62,313 bases of DNA, filler included, from 9 parts of 9 records of this genome joined end to end with filler, not necessarily neighbours in it; one strand, 5' to 3'; counted from the first letter of the whole stretch, positions 32,907-43,310 are shown. Notes: generated by a model from the sequence alone, not told the origin. Made by a program: numbers and translations.

Positions 32907-34043
32907 TCAGATAACGCCGTCTTTTTTTAAAACCTCTATTTCGCTTATAGAGTATCCAAGGGCTTCCAATATCTGGTTGTTATCCCTGCCCAACTCTGGC
33001 GGGGGAGTCCGGATCGAGCCCGGAGTCCGGGATAATTTGATCGGAAATCCAATTTGACGAATGGTTTGCCCCGATTCCAAGGTCTGTTCTTCCAACATGC
33101 CCCGGTGAGCTAGGTGAGGATCCTCGGCTACCTCGGCCAGTTCCTTGACCGGCGCCGTCGGTACGTCAGCCGCCTCCAGTATCCGGATCCATTCGTCCCT
33201 GGGTTTTTCCAGAAAAACCGATTCCAGCCTGGCAGCCAGGTCCTGGCTAATTGTCTGGCGATCCAGGACAGACAGAGAGGCCAAATCATCCAGGCCGACA
33301 GCCTTGCAAAGACGCTCCCAAAACCAATCTTCATAGGCAATGCCCAGGGTCAGATATTTGCCGTCTTGAGCCCGATAGGTCCCATAGCCCGCATCGAAAA
33401 AGCTTTCTGTCCGGCCGGTGTCAAAAAATTCGCCGAACTGTGTTCCCATCCACGAAACCAAGCCGTCGAACATGGACACGTCAATGTATTGTCCCTGGCC
33501 GGTTTTTCCACGGGCTATCAGGGCTGTCAGGATGCCCAGGGCGGCAAACATGGCCGACGATAGATCGCCCACGGCCAGCTTGGGCGTGATGACGCCGCCG
33601 CTTTTATCTTCAAAACAGCCGAGCATCCCGGCCATGGCCTGGTAATTGACATCGTGCCCCGGTAGGTCTTTATAGGGGCCTTCCTGTCCATATCCTGAAA
33701 TAGAACAGTAGATCAGACCGGGGTTGACTTTTTTCATAATGGGATAATCAATACCTAAACGCTCGACCGCACCCGGACGAAAGCCTTCCATAAAAACGTC
33801 CGCCCCCTCCGTAAGCCGCATCAGTATCTCTCTGGCTGCAGGCTCTTTCAGGTTGAGGGTCAGGCTTTTCTTATTGCGATTAAGGCTATTGAAAAATCCG
33901 GGCATCATCCGGGCCGGATCGCCAAGTCCGGGCCGCTCGATTTTGATAACCTCGGCCCCAAGGTCGGCCAGGAGCATCGAACAATAAGGTCCTGGATACT
34001 GGAGGGCCGAGGAAATTATTTTTATTCCTTCAAGGGCGGACAT
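32907..34043 (-). CDS. CaiB/BaiF family III CoA-transferase
   Basis: PGPYCSMLLADLGAEVIKIE, NRNKKS, FRPG, SGYGQEGPY, GHDVNY. Confidence 0.95.
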   Translation of the reverse strand: MSALEGIKIISSALQYPGPYCSMLLADLGAEVIKIERPGLGDPARMMPGFFNSLNRNKKSLTLNLKEPAAREILMRLTEGADVFMEGFRPGAVERLGIDYPIMKKVNPGLIYCSISGYGQEGPYKDLPGHDVNYQAMAGMLGCFEDKSGGVITPKLAVGDLSSAMFAALGILTALIARGKTGQGQYIDVSMFDGLVSWMGTQFGEFFDTGRTESFFDAGYGTYRAQDGKYLTLGIAYEDWFWERLCKAVGLDDLASLSVLDRQTISQDLAARLESVFLEKPRDEWIRILEAADVPTAPVKELAEVAEDPHLAHRGMLEEQTLESGQTIRQIGFPIKLSRTPGSIRTPPPELGRDNNQILEALGYSISEIEVLKKDGVI

Positions 34044-34044
34044 G

Positions 34045-35604
34045 TTAGTTCACTCGGCGGCCTTTTTCGGCCCAATAAGGCTCTCGAACCAGGCGTCGGA
34101 GAACCTTGCCGACTGCGGTTTTGGGAATATCCTGTACGAAATCGATCGATTTGGGCTTTTTGAAGCTGGCCAGGCGAGTTTTGCAGAATTCTATCAGTTC
34201 AACTTCTGTGGCCTCGGCGCCGGGCCTGAGTATGACCACGGCCTTGACCGCCTCTCCCCACTGGTCGTCGGGCACGCCGACCACGGCTGTTTCGAACACG
34301 GCCGGATGCTCGTACAAAACGTTTTCAACCTCGGTGGGGTAGATATTATACCCCCCGCTGATGATCATGTCAGATTTACGGTCGATCAGATACAGGTATC
34401 CGGCCTCGTCAAAAGCGCCCATGTCCCGGGTGTAAAGCCAGCCGTTCCTGATTGTATCCGCGGTTAGTTCCGGGGCGTTCCAGTATCCGGCCATAATGCT
34501 GTCGCCGCGCAGGATGATTTCTCCAACCTCGCCCGCCGGCAATTCATTGCCCTCTTCATCAACCACCTTGACCTCGGCCTCAAAACAGGGCCTGCCGGCC
34601 GAGCCGAGACGTTTTTCCCTTTCAGGGTCGCCATTAGTCACATGATCTTCAGGAGAGAGCATGGTGGCTATGGCGGCCGATTCGGTCTGGCCATAGGCCT
34701 GCATCAGGATCGGACCGAAAACCTCGAGGGCCTGCTTGATCCGCTCCGGGGCCATGGGCGCGGTTCCGTATATGATTCTGCGCAGGCTGTCGTAGTCGTA
34801 TTTTTTGATGTCAGGGAAAGCTAGCATAAAGTTGATTATGACCGGAATGAGCAGAATATCCGTAACGCGCTCCTTCTCAATGGTCTGAAATAGTATGTCG
34901 AGGTCAAAGGCATCCAAAAGGACCTGAGTCCCGCCCTTGATAAATGTAGGCAGAAGCAGGCAGCCCGCGGCATGGGTCACCGGGGCGACGTAGGCTGTGA
35001 CCGGAGTATATTCCGGGTACAACCCGCTGCCCATGATCATTTCCCGAGTCAGAGACAGGAAGTTGCGCTGGGTGAGCATGGCCGCTTTCAAAACGCCCGT
35101 TGTACCGGACGTGTAATTAAGGCTGTACAGATCATCTAATTCCACAACAACATTCGGTTCGTCCGGCGAGCTTTCAGCTAAAATCTTCTCGTAGTCGGCC
35201 ATGGAGGCCGGCGCGTTGGAAAGCGCGATAAAATGTTCAACCGTTTTAATATCCGAAAGATGACTTTCGATAAGTTCAATAAAAATGGGGTGGAAGATCA
35301 AGGCGCGGGCTTCGGAGTTGTTCATCTGGTGGATCAACTCCTGTATGGACAGCCGGGCGTTGAGCGGCGTTTTAACTATGCCGGTCTTGTAGCAGGCTGC
35401 GTCGCTTTCAACGGCCTGGCGGCAATTGGGCATTAACAGTGCAACACGGTCGCCCTTTTTCAGCCCCAGTTTAAACAGGCCGTGAGCCAGGCGGTTGACC
35501 CGTTCGTTGAACTGGGTGTAGGTAAAACGCAGGTCGCCTTCAACAATGGCGGTCCGCTCGGAAAATAGCCTGACCGCCCGGATTAAATGAAGTCCCAAAT
35601 TCAT
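34045..35604 (-). CDS. Acyl-CoA synthetase (AMP-forming)
   Basis: YTSGTTGVLK, YGQTE, TRDMG, DRKSDMIISGG, PKTAVGK. Confidence 0.95.
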   Translation of the reverse strand: MNLGLHLIRAVRLFSERTAIVEGDLRFTYTQFNERVNRLAHGLFKLGLKKGDRVALLMPNCRQAVESDAACYKTGIVKTPLNARLSIQELIHQMNNSEARALIFHPIFIELIESHLSDIKTVEHFIALSNAPASMADYEKILAESSPDEPNVVVELDDLYSLNYTSGTTGVLKAAMLTQRNFLSLTREMIMGSGLYPEYTPVTAYVAPVTHAAGCLLLPTFIKGGTQVLLDAFDLDILFQTIEKERVTDILLIPVIINFMLAFPDIKKYDYDSLRRIIYGTAPMAPERIKQALEVFGPILMQAYGQTESAAIATMLSPEDHVTNGDPEREKRLGSAGRPCFEAEVKVVDEEGNELPAGEVGEIILRGDSIMAGYWNAPELTADTIRNGWLYTRDMGAFDEAGYLYLIDRKSDMIISGGYNIYPTEVENVLYEHPAVFETAVVGVPDDQWGEAVKAVVILRPGAEATEVELIEFCKTRLASFKKPKSIDFVQDIPKTAVGKVLRRLVREPYWAEKGRRVN

Positions 35605-35706
35605 GACTCTTTTACTCCTTTCTTCAATATCTCAGGTCCGGCGCCTTTATTGGCGTTCGTCAAATTTAACCAGGTCGTCCTGATGTCGAGGCGGGGCTCC
35701 AAGGGA

Positions 35707-36861
35707 TTACACAAAAGCCTGCATGCCCAATATTTCCCTGCCGATGATCAGTCTCTGGATTTCATTGGTCCCGTCCGGAATGGTCCCTATGCGGCCTTTT
35801 TTATAAAGTTCGGCCACTGGGTACTCTTTTGAAAGGCCGTAAGCGCCGTGGACTTCTACAGCCAGGGACGTAACCTTGATGGCCGCGTCAGTGGCGTAAA
35901 ACTTGGCCAATGAACTTTCCTTGATGCACCGCATCCCTTGATCCAACATCCAGAGTCCCCTGAAAATCAGCAGCCGGGAGGTTTCTATCAGGGCGTACAT
36001 CTCGGCGATCATGTTCTGGATCAACTGGAACTCGCCGATCGGTTTACCCCACTGGGTCCGTTCCTTGGCGTATTTGACCGCGGCTTCGTACGCCCGTTGG
36101 GCGATAATCAAGGAGCTCATGCCGACAAAGCAGCGGGCCGCCGAAAACATGCTGAGCTGCGCCTTGAGGCCCTTCCCGGGGGGCACAACCATGTTGTCTT
36201 TTGGCACGCGGCAGTCTTCGAATATCAGTTCCCCGACATGGGGAATCAGGCTGTCGCCCAAAATGTCGATTTTACGCGCTTCCCAGGGCGAAACCTCCTT
36301 GTCGGCGAGCAGCATGCAAATGCCTTCCCGGCCAAGTTTCGGATCGGTTGTGGCCAGCACAATGCAGATATCGGCGTACGGCCCATTTGTGATCCACATC
36401 TTGGAACCGTTTATAAGGTAATGGTCGCCGTCCTCGACAGCCTTGGTCTGAACCGCAAAAGTGGCTGAACCAACGTTGGGCTCTGTGATGCCGGAACAGC
36501 CGATTCGGTCCCCGGACAATAAGTCGGGCAGATAGGTCTTTTTGTGATATTCACTTCCGCCTCTCGCGAGCTCGCGGGCTACGCCGCCGGTTATCATGGT
36601 CACCCCGAACAGCACGGGTTCGATGACCTCCATGAGCAGACCGTAGGTTACCCAGTCCAGGCCGGCGCCGCCGTCCTCTTCGGGAATTGTGTTGCCCAGG
36701 TAGCCCATGGGAACGAGTTTTTTAAGCAGGTTTTTTATTTCCTCGACCGGCAGGACGGCCCCATCCGGATACCTGGCCAAAACAGGCTGAACCTCCTGCT
36801 TCATCAGCCTTTTGGCCGCGTCCTGGATCATGCGCTGTTCTTCATTGATGCCAAAATCCAT
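35707..36861 (-). CDS. Acyl-CoA dehydrogenase
   Basis: ITEPNVGS, INGSKMWITNG, RTQWGKPIGEFQLIQ, HGAYG, GTNEIQR. Confidence 0.95.
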   Translation of the reverse strand: MDFGINEEQRMIQDAAKRLMKQEVQPVLARYPDGAVLPVEEIKNLLKKLVPMGYLGNTIPEEDGGAGLDWVTYGLLMEVIEPVLFGVTMITGGVARELARGGSEYHKKTYLPDLLSGDRIGCSGITEPNVGSATFAVQTKAVEDGDHYLINGSKMWITNGPYADICIVLATTDPKLGREGICMLLADKEVSPWEARKIDILGDSLIPHVGELIFEDCRVPKDNMVVPPGKGLKAQLSMFSAARCFVGMSSLIIAQRAYEAAVKYAKERTQWGKPIGEFQLIQNMIAEMYALIETSRLLIFRGLWMLDQGMRCIKESSLAKFYATDAAIKVTSLAVEVHGAYGLSKEYPVAELYKKGRIGTIPDGTNEIQRLIIGREILGMQAFV

Positions 36862-36928
36862 GCCTCACTCCTTTTTTGTGAAGTTTAGAAGATATTCCAT
36901 TTCAGCCTTTCGGTCCTTTCGGCAGGTA

Positions 36929-37702
36929 TTAAAATCCTTTGAATCGCGGCTTGCGCTTTTCGATAAAAGCCATGATGCCTTCCTCGCGATCCTTGGAATG
37001 AATCAGTTCCGCGCCGCAACGATCCTCGTACCCCAGCGCGCCCAGCAGGTCCATGTCCTGCCCATGGTTGACGCTGGCCTTGATCATTCTCAATGACAAC
37101 GGCGCCCGCTCAGCCAATTGGACGGCCCAATTGTTCGCCTCATTCATCAACTCGGCGGCCGGGACCACTTTGTTGACCATGCCGATTTCATACGCTTCCT
37201 TGCCGTCAATCCGGTCGCCGAAATATAGGAATTCCTTGGCCCGGCCCGGCCCTATCAGCCTGGGCAGGCGGACCGTGCCCCCGCCCAGAGGCATAACGCC
37301 CAGCTTGACTTCTCCCAACCCCATGTTTGCTTCTTCAGAAGCGATTCGGAAGTCGCAGCAAAGAGCCAGTTCCAACCCTCCGCCGTTGCATGGGCCGTTG
37401 ATGGCGGCGATAATCGGCTGCCCCAGGTCCTCTATCTTGTTGAAAACCGAATACCGGGGCCGAAATCTCATCCCCTGGCCTCCGTCCTCTGCCATTTCCT
37501 TGAGGTCGGCGCCGGCGCAAAAACCTCGGCCTGCGCCGGTCAAAATAACGCAACGAACCTCGAAGTCCCGGTGGATCCTGGTTATGCAATCATCTAATTC
37601 AGAAAGAAGTTTCCGGCTGAGGGCGTTAAGACTTTTCGGCCGGTTCAAAGTGATTGTGAGGACGCCGGATTCCTTGCTAATCAACAGAGTTTCATAATCC
37701 AT
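36929..37702 (-). CDS. Enoyl-CoA hydratase/isomerase
   Basis: LNRPKSLNAL, FCAGADL, GGGLELALCCDFRIA, EVKLG, FIEKRKPRFKG. Confidence 0.95.
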   Translation of the reverse strand: MDYETLLISKESGVLTITLNRPKSLNALSRKLLSELDDCITRIHRDFEVRCVILTGAGRGFCAGADLKEMAEDGGQGMRFRPRYSVFNKIEDLGQPIIAAINGPCNGGGLELALCCDFRIASEEANMGLGEVKLGVMPLGGGTVRLPRLIGPGRAKEFLYFGDRIDGKEAYEIGMVNKVVPAAELMNEANNWAVQLAERAPLSLRMIKASVNHGQDMDLLGALGYEDRCGAELIHSKDREEGIMAFIEKRKPRFKGF

Positions 37703-37776
37703 GAAGCTGCCTCCAATGAATCAAGTTGTTTTGACTGTATTTGTTACCGAGTAGCTGAGCTACATCTACAGTGTAG

Positions 37777-37876
37777 NNNNNNNNNNNNNNNNNNNNNNNN
37801 NNNNNNNNNNNNNNNNNNNNTTAATTAATTAANNNNNNNNNNNNNNNNNNNNNNNNNNNNNNNNNNNNNNNNNNNN
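37777..37876. other. Artificial contig linker
   Basis: N44-TTAATTAATTAA-N44. Confidence 0.99.
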
Positions 37877-38456
<580 letters not shown>

Positions 38457-38511
38457 TCAGGCCTGCTCCCCAAAGCGTCCCGGCTCCGATCCGCGGAGCG
38501 CCTCGGGCGCT

Positions 38512-39159
38512 TCAGACCTCGATAATGTTATTGCGTATGCCGAATTTCACCAGATCCACGGCGGTGCGGAGATTCAGCTTCTGCATGATATGGTTTTTAT
38601 GGGATTCCACAGTTCTGACGCTGATAAACAGCTTCTCCGAGATCTCGCTGTTGGTATGGCTGCTGCCCCAGAGCCCCAGGACCTCCAGCTCCCGGGCGCT
38701 CAGGGAATCCACCCCCGCCTGCTCCTCACCCGACTGGATATGGGAGATATACTGCTTCAGAAGCAGCCCGGTTATGGACTTGCTGTAGTAGTCGTGGCCG
38801 CTCCGCAGAGAATAGACTGCCTCCAGCAGGTCTCCCGGGTCGCTTTCGGGTCCGAGAAATCCCTTGGCCCCCGCCTTGACGGTCTGCAGGATGGTCCGTT
38901 CGTCCTCGGAGGAGGAAAGGATGAGGATGCGCAGCTTGGGCATCCGTTTTCCCAGACGCTCCAGCAGTCCCATGATCCTCTTATCCAGACGGGAGGGATT
39001 GAGGATCAGAATGTGCAGCTCCCGAAGCTCCTCCATGGCGAGGAGGGGGCTCAGCGAGTGCTCCTTCAGCACAAGCCTCAGTTCGCCGCTCTCCCCGAAG
39101 AGGCGGCACAGCCCCTCCAGAATCAGTTTATGGTCGCTGTAGATGCCGATGTTTATCAT
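38512..39159 (-). CDS. NarL/LuxR-family response regulator with an atypical receiver
   Basis: LSARELEVL...EISEKLFISVRTVESHKNHIMQKL HTH. The receiver has ILILN in place of the phospho-Asp and GFLGP in place of the Lys. Confidence 0.9.
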   Translation of the reverse strand: MINIGIYSDHKLILEGLCRLFGESGELRLVLKEHSLSPLLAMEELRELHILILNPSRLDKRIMGLLERLGKRMPKLRILILSSSEDERTILQTVKAGAKGFLGPESDPGDLLEAVYSLRSGHDYYSKSITGLLLKQYISHIQSGEEQAGVDSLSARELEVLGLWGSSHTNSEISEKLFISVRTVESHKNHIMQKLNLRTAVDLVKFGIRNNIIEV

Positions 39160-42100
39160 TGCCCTTCCATTATCACCGAAGTTTTCTTCTTACCGTCCAT
39201 CAGGATGCGCAAAGGCTTTTCGAAGCGGACGTGCCTGAAGTAACGGGTCTCGTGTATAAGCTCCTGTGAATACAGCCTGTCCCAGTCGATGAACTCCCTG
39301 GGAGAGGTGCTGTTCACCGAGAAGTAGCCGATATTCATGGAGGTTACGTTATGAAAGAAATGGGAGCCCAGGGAGGAGTCCAGGGGGAAGTTGTCCAGAC
39401 TCATCTCGACGATGATCCGGGCGGCCGAGATCTGAGCCCAGTTGACCGGTATCCCCAGGAAGGGATCCCTGGTCCCCCAGCGCCCCGGCCCGATCAGCAC
39501 ATAGGAACGGTCCTCGTTGATCATAAGGGAGTTCAGATAATCGATCTCTGCGGCCATCTCCTGGGTTTTCAGCTTGTCGAAGGCCCCCTTGTCCACATAG
39601 ATAAGGTCCTGAATGGTCTCGACCTCGCCGTTTCCGAGGCTGGTCTCCGTATAGAGCAGGGCGTCCGAATAGTCCACCTCCTCCAGAGCGGCGGCGCTTC
39701 CGCGGTTCTCCACCATAGGCTTGACCTGGAGGAGATAGAATGTGGGGAGGCCGTTCTCCGCAGGATCCAGATCCACGGCGAACTCGATCTCCACAGGAGA
39801 GCCCAGGGCCTCCTTTATGGTGTTCAGGAGGATCTCCAGGGTATTTGCCAGAGGGATGTATCCGTACTTCAGGACATTGGCGAAGTTCATCACCCGGGGC
39901 CCGGCGGCGGACAGCCCCGGGACGAGCCTGTCGTTCTGGGGATCGTACACGGAGACGCAATGCTTAAGCGAGCCATGGCCCTCGGCCTCGCTGATATCCA
40001 GCAACGCCAGGGAGGCCAGTTCTCCTTCGGCGGCGTAGTCGATCTCGTCCCTGCGGCAGTCCAGAGCGTAGAACTTGAGCTGAGAACCGTTCACCAGGTC
40101 CTTGAGGGAATACATGTCCACCTGGGGATAGCTGGGAGAAAAACGGTAGGAACTCATGCCCTCCACCACATAGCTCCCCAGCCCGAGGGCCACCATGGCG
40201 AAGCCCTCTTCGGGCTTCATATGGGCCACGGGATAGTAGTTGTAGGAGCAGGCGACGCCGCTGATGTGGGGATAGTAGTAGTCGCCGAAACGCTCGCCCG
40301 CCAGCTCCTGTACCACCACGGCCATCTTCTCATCTTCCACCCTGTGATGGATGGCCTTGAAATACTCCCGGGCCTCCCCGGAAAAGACAGAGGCGAACAC
40401 CAGCTTCACCGCCTGTTCCAGCTTCCGGAGGGTCTGCTCTTTCCGGTCTTCCCTGTTGGGGATGATATAGGTATGGAACACCCCGGCGAAGGGCTGGGTG
40501 AAGGAGTCTTCCGACAGACTGGAGGAGCGGATGGCCAGGGGGCGGTCCGCCTGATCCAGAAAGGCCCGGAGCTTTCGCAACAGCCCCTCCGAGAGCCTGC
40601 CGTTCATAAACTGCATCTTGGTGTTTTCAAAGTCCCGCCCCCTGCCGGAGACGCGGTCGTAGATCCTGTTTTCACGGATAAAGCGATCGAATTCTTCGGT
40701 CCCGATGATGGCGGTACGGGGCATGCGTATATTGATCTGAGAGGAAACGGCCGAATAGTCCAGGTTGTAGATCAGGGTATTGATGAAGGCCAGTCCGCGG
40801 CCCTTGCCCCCCAGAGATCCCCCCGAAAGGGTCACGATGTTCTTCTCGTCGAAGACCATGCCCTCCTCGAAGCGCAGGATCTTGCCCCGTTTCTTTTCGT
40901 CCAGATAGCTCCTTATGGTTTCCAGGGTGCGCTCCCGCAGGTCGGGCACCTCGGACAGCTCGGTAATCCTCATGGGATTCAGGGTCTTCGCCAGCTTGAT
41001 CTCCCCCCGGGCCATCAGCCAGATGGAGAACTGATTCTCCACGGCGTGGGCGAAGATGGACTCATCGGGTACGACGGACAGGAGCTGCTCGAATTCTCTC
41101 AGGGTTTTCGCTTCGGCGATCCGATGCCCCTTGGCGTCGCGGAAGATGAAATCGCCGAATCCCAGATAGTAGTTCAGGAACCCCTTCAGATCCTTCAGCA
41201 GGGTTTCGGAGTTTTTATTGATAAAGAAGGCGTCCAGCTCTTCGGCGTACCGCCTGCTGCCGTTGTCCGAGGACTGAAGGATCACCGGCAGATTGATCAT
41301 ATGCCCTTTCACATAGCGGAGGAATTTCAGACCGGCCTGCTTATCCGCCTGCCCCTGATACTCGAATTCCATATCCGAGATGACGCAGAGCAGATAGTCC
41401 CTGTACTTGTTGTACAGGTGCATGGCGTCCTCATAGTTCCGGGCCAGCAGGATCTTGGGGCGGGAACGCATCTTGCAGATCTTGTCCAGCTCGTTTCTCT
41501 CCACCTCGGGAAGGAGCTGCTGGACCTGTTCGAAGACGATCTCGTAGAGCATCTGCAGATACTTGGAATAGTAGAGGCAGGAATCCTCCACCAGCAGGAT
41601 CACCCGGACCAGCCCCACCTGGGTATCATTGCCCACGTTGGCCTTGTCCTCTATGGATTTGACGATGGAGAAAAGGATCTGGGAGTCGCCGTTCCAGAAA
41701 AACAGATTGTCCAGGGTCCTGGAGGAGGCGACCAGCTCCTCGAAATGGCGCAGCTTGTCCTTCTGGTTGAGCAGCAGGTAGACCGGAAGAGCGGGCCTCT
41801 TCCCCCTGATCTTCTCACTGAGGACGGAGGGGTGCTCGGGATCCAGTCCCACCATGATGATGACCAGATCGAAGGACTTGGCATCCAGCATCTCCATGGC
41901 TTCCTCGTCTGTGGTCACCCCGGTTATCCGGGGCAGGGAAAAGAGGCTGTACTGGTAGATCTCCCCCATAAAGCGTTCGAAGAATCCGTCTTCGTTGCCC
42001 AGGATGAAGGCGTCGTAGAGGGTCGCCACGAAGAGGATCTCCTTGACCTTGTAGCGCATCATATCCAGATAGATGTATTTGTCCAGAACCTGCTGGTTGA

Positions 42101-43310
42101 AGAAGAGCTGGAGAGGGCCTTTGTTGGTCACCAGGGACTTCTTATACTCCTCCTGGGCCTCGAGCTCATAGGTCTTATGGGCGTTCTTCCTGTAGAAGTC
42201 ACGCCCCTTGAAATCATTGAGATAGGCGCTGATCAGCTTGGCGATATTCACCAGAAGGTCCCGCTCCTCCTTGAGAAAGGGGCCCTCGTCGGACGGGGGC
42301 ATCTCCTGCTTATAGACCACCTGCAGGAAGCCCTTCTTATTGTCGATGGTGACGAAATGCTCCGTCTGTTTCCAGATGGACTCCCGGAAGGAGGAGCTGC
42401 CGTAGTCCTTTCCCTCGAATCGGATGCGCGCCTCGGCGACCTCGGGGTACTGCCAGGACTCCTTGAGGATCTGGGCGATATCCCTGAGGGTTTCCCCCAT
42501 GGGCCTGCACTCGGAGATCAGGGTGGAGGTTCTGTTGATGGCCCCCAGCTCCTTGAGGCGCTCCCCGTACTTTCCGATCATCTGCTCCAGAGCGTCCATG
42601 CCTGCGGAGCCCGCGATCAGGGCGGCCAGATTCACCAGCAGCTCCCGTTCCTCCCTGAGGAAGGGCCCCTCGTCTTCGGGGGGGAACTCTTTGAGATAAC
42701 AGACCTCGATACGCCCTTCTCTTCCGTCGGGCATAACGAAATCCTGGTCCATGGACCAGGAGGTCTGCCTGAAATTCTCGCTCTCGAATGTCAGGCCGTC
42801 GAACAGGATCCTCACAGCCGTAAAACGGGGGTACTGCCAGGCCTCGGGCAGGAGGCCGCAGATCTCCCTGAGCGAATCGTTCAGGGCCAGGTTCTTCTTC
42901 AGGATGGAGTTTGTCAGCCGTATGCCCTTGAGCTCCTTCTGCCTCTCCCTGTTGTCGTGGGACAGACGGGCCAGCCGCCTGCGGGAGATGCATCCGGTAA
43001 GCACCTGGGCGAGAAGCCTCATAAAACCGGGATCCATTCCCGGAACGGAATAGATCTCCAGACTGCCCCTTCCGCCGTCGGTCAGTTCCAGGGGAAACTC
43101 GTCACGCCGGGCGTCGCACTCCACGGAGGGGCTTTCGTAATAGCGTCCGTCCAGGGAGATGCGGACGAAGACGGAGCCAGAGGGCCTGAGCGACGAAGCC
43201 ACAAGCCCGACAAGCCCGCTGATAAAAAGATCGCAGCTTTTATCCTCCGGAGGCAGGGCGACGAGGCTTGAGATCAGCTCCAGCCGCTTTTGTTCCGTAA
43301 GATTGATCAT
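39156..43310 (-). CDS. PEP/pyruvate-binding (PPDK_N ATP-grasp) domain protein with GAF-like repeats and two receiver-like domains
   Basis: GGSLGGKGRGLAF, AIRSSSLSED...FAGVFHT, MAVVVQE, LGLGSYVVEG, EIEFAV...LLQVKP; WQYP...EGPFL repeats; ILLVED...VISD...QSS...FINK; C-terminal GSHFFHN. Confidence 0.88.
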   Translation of the reverse strand: MINLTEQKRLELISSLVALPPEDKSCDLFISGLVGLVASSLRPSGSVFVRISLDGRYYESPSVECDARRDEFPLELTDGGRGSLEIYSVPGMDPGFMRLLAQVLTGCISRRRLARLSHDNRERQKELKGIRLTNSILKKNLALNDSLREICGLLPEAWQYPRFTAVRILFDGLTFESENFRQTSWSMDQDFVMPDGREGRIEVCYLKEFPPEDEGPFLREERELLVNLAALIAGSAGMDALEQMIGKYGERLKELGAINRTSTLISECRPMGETLRDIAQILKESWQYPEVAEARIRFEGKDYGSSSFRESIWKQTEHFVTIDNKKGFLQVVYKQEMPPSDEGPFLKEERDLLVNIAKLISAYLNDFKGRDFYRKNAHKTYELEAQEEYKKSLVTNKGPLQLFFNQQVLDKYIYLDMMRYKVKEILFVATLYDAFILGNEDGFFERFMGEIYQYSLFSLPRITGVTTDEEAMEMLDAKSFDLVIIMVGLDPEHPSVLSEKIRGKRPALPVYLLLNQKDKLRHFEELVASSRTLDNLFFWNGDSQILFSIVKSIEDKANVGNDTQVGLVRVILLVEDSCLYYSKYLQMLYEIVFEQVQQLLPEVERNELDKICKMRSRPKILLARNYEDAMHLYNKYRDYLLCVISDMEFEYQGQADKQAGLKFLRYVKGHMINLPVILQSSDNGSRRYAEELDAFFINKNSETLLKDLKGFLNYYLGFGDFIFRDAKGHRIAEAKTLREFEQLLSVVPDESIFAHAVENQFSIWLMARGEIKLAKTLNPMRITELSEVPDLRERTLETIRSYLDEKKRGKILRFEEGMVFDEKNIVTLSGGSLGGKGRGLAFINTLIYNLDYSAVSSQINIRMPRTAIIGTEEFDRFIRENRIYDRVSGRGRDFENTKMQFMNGRLSEGLLRKLRAFLDQADRPLAIRSSSLSEDSFTQPFAGVFHTYIIPNREDRKEQTLRKLEQAVKLVFASVFSGEAREYFKAIHHRVEDEKMAVVVQELAGERFGDYYYPHISGVACSYNYYPVAHMKPEEGFAMVALGLGSYVVEGMSSYRFSPSYPQVDMYSLKDLVNGSQLKFYALDCRRDEIDYAAEGELASLALLDISEAEGHGSLKHCVSVYDPQNDRLVPGLSAAGPRVMNFANVLKYGYIPLANTLEILLNTIKEALGSPVEIEFAVDLDPAENGLPTFYLLQVKPMVENRGSAAALEEVDYSDALLYTETSLGNGEVETIQDLIYVDKGAFDKLKTQEMAAEIDYLNSLMINEDRSYVLIGPGRWGTRDPFLGIPVNWAQISAARIIVEMSLDNFPLDSSLGSHFFHNVTSMNIGYFSVNSTSPREFIDWDRLYSQELIHETRYFRHVRFEKPLRILMDGKKKTSVIMEGQ

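Noticed and set aside
39351-43271. 1306-aa ORF on the + strand
   Set aside because: Antisense shadow of the 1384-aa gene; GC3-rich codon use suppresses stops, and it has no recognisable motifs.
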